This document shows positions 63,005-64,000 of a stretch of 64,000 nucleotides of DNA, piece after piece. Origin of the DNA: Thecamonas trahens ATCC 50062 (Eukaryota > Protista > Apusomonadida); NCBI RefSeq assembly GCF_000142905.1, contig NW_013657633.1:45154-109153 (forward strand), given 5' to 3'. The number at the start of each line of letters is the position of its first letter. The first letter of the stretch is position 1. The notes beneath the pieces are model-generated. The model saw only the letters and a list, made by a program, of their open reading frames with translations. It was not told where the DNA came from and did not search any database. A program made the translations under genes and the position numbers.

Positions 63005-63748
63005 CTATAGCAGCTTCTTGCGCTTGGGTGGACTCGCGCTTGCCAGCGATGCGGAGGCGCCGCTGAGACTGGGGCGCTTGTTAGACCTGCGGGAGCCTGA
63101 GGAGCGGAGCTCGGAGACGATGACGTCCTGCGAGCACTCAAGAACGCGGTAGGCGACGGTTGCGCGGGAGGCGACGGCGTCCTTTGTGGCGGACGGGAGG
63201 GCAACGGTGTCGAGCGAGAGCGGCTCGATGGAGGAGCCCATGGCGGTCATCCACTTGGTGGCTGCGTCGACGACGGTGGTGTGGCCGTGCATGGCGACGT
63301 CGACGGCGGCCTCAAAGGTGAAGACCTTGTAGCCGTACGAGCCGCTGCGGACGCCGAGGAGCGCCTTGCGCTCGCGTTCGTAGTAGCAGGTGTACTTGAG
63401 GGTGAGGTGGATGGAGCCCTCCTCGATGCCGTCTGCAGTGATGGGCAGGTCGGTGTACTCAGCCACAATACCGTTGGACGAGTGGTTGGCGAGCGCATCG
63501 CGGAGCGAGACAGCGACAGTGCCGACAATCTTGTTCGAGAGCTTGCCAACCCGCTCGATCGAGATTTCCAGCCAGCGGTTGATGGCGGTGACCGAGAACG
63601 TCATCCGCTGGTTCCACTTGGGCAGCATGGTCTTCTCCGAGTTCTCCGACATGTGCGTCTCGTCAAAGTACACCCGGCCCTCTGCCGGAGGCGAGTTGAC
63701 CGACTTGCCAAGCTTGAGCTTGAACATCTGGATCCTGACCCTATACAC
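63005..63748 (-). CDS. C2-domain protein (5' exon not resolved)
   Basis: SEKTMLPKWNQRMTF…LEISIE…IVGTVAVSL…GSIHLTLKY, with a C-terminal NLS-like PPKRKKL. A probable TAG acceptor lies near 63741. Confidence 0.6.
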   Translation of the reverse strand: MYRVRIQMFKLKLGKSVNSPPAEGRVYFDETHMSENSEKTMLPKWNQRMTFSVTAINRWLEISIERVGKLSNKIVGTVAVSLRDALANHSSNGIVAEYTDLPITADGIEEGSIHLTLKYTCYYERERKALLGVRSGSYGYKVFTFEAAVDVAMHGHTTVVDAATKWMTAMGSSIEPLSLDTVALPSATKDAVASRATVAYRVLECSQDVIVSELRSSGSRRSNKRPSLSGASASLASASPPKRKKLL

Positions 63749-64000
63749 GCCCTCCTTCTACAACCTCCCCGTCCGACCAAACCAACAGCCCCGCGTCCAT
63801 CCGCCCCCCCCCCCCCCCCCCCCCCCCCCACCGTCATCCGCCATCACCATCAGACCAACGCAGCATATTCCCGATCGTCCCCGGTTTGGCGCCCATTGTG
63901 CGACACGCGTGCCACCCACCATACCCCCCCCCCATTGAGGCCAAGGCCAAGGCCAAGACCAAGCCCCATACACCCCCCACAAAGCCCATAACCAGCCCAT

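Noticed and set aside
63010-63035. U4 snRNA-like 5' sequence CTTGCGCTTGGG
   Set aside because: It is the antisense of the PKRK codons of the C2 gene, and the rest of U4 is absent.

Overview
A GC-rich, gene-dense, intron-poor eukaryotic nuclear scaffold from a flagellated protist. The axonemal dynein, a TmcB-like PAS membrane protein, the composition and two 100-N gaps suggest an apusomonad such as Thecamonas; that assignment is inference. About 28 protein-coding genes are present, mostly housekeeping: MTG1, copine, DNAH1-like dynein, TMEM144, VPS55, LSM5, TRAPPC13, MYST HAT, RPN5, PUS7, VPS20, an ABCB half-transporter, SMARCAL1, ZIP11 and G6PD. The main finding is a 237-aa intein (45851-46561) inserted in the Walker A motif (GLGK/T) of the SMARCAL1-like SNF2 helicase. 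It starts with Gly, carries the class 3 W-C-T signature and retains a decayed LAGLIDADG remnant. Secondary findings are two intergenic structured-RNA candidates (41430-41675 and 62660-62945), a 48-bp minisatellite in a divergent promoter, tiny gaps between convergent genes, a GTACGY intron-donor bias, and eight homopolymer frame breaks that are probably sequencing errors. Family calls come from motif recognition by eye; no searches were run.
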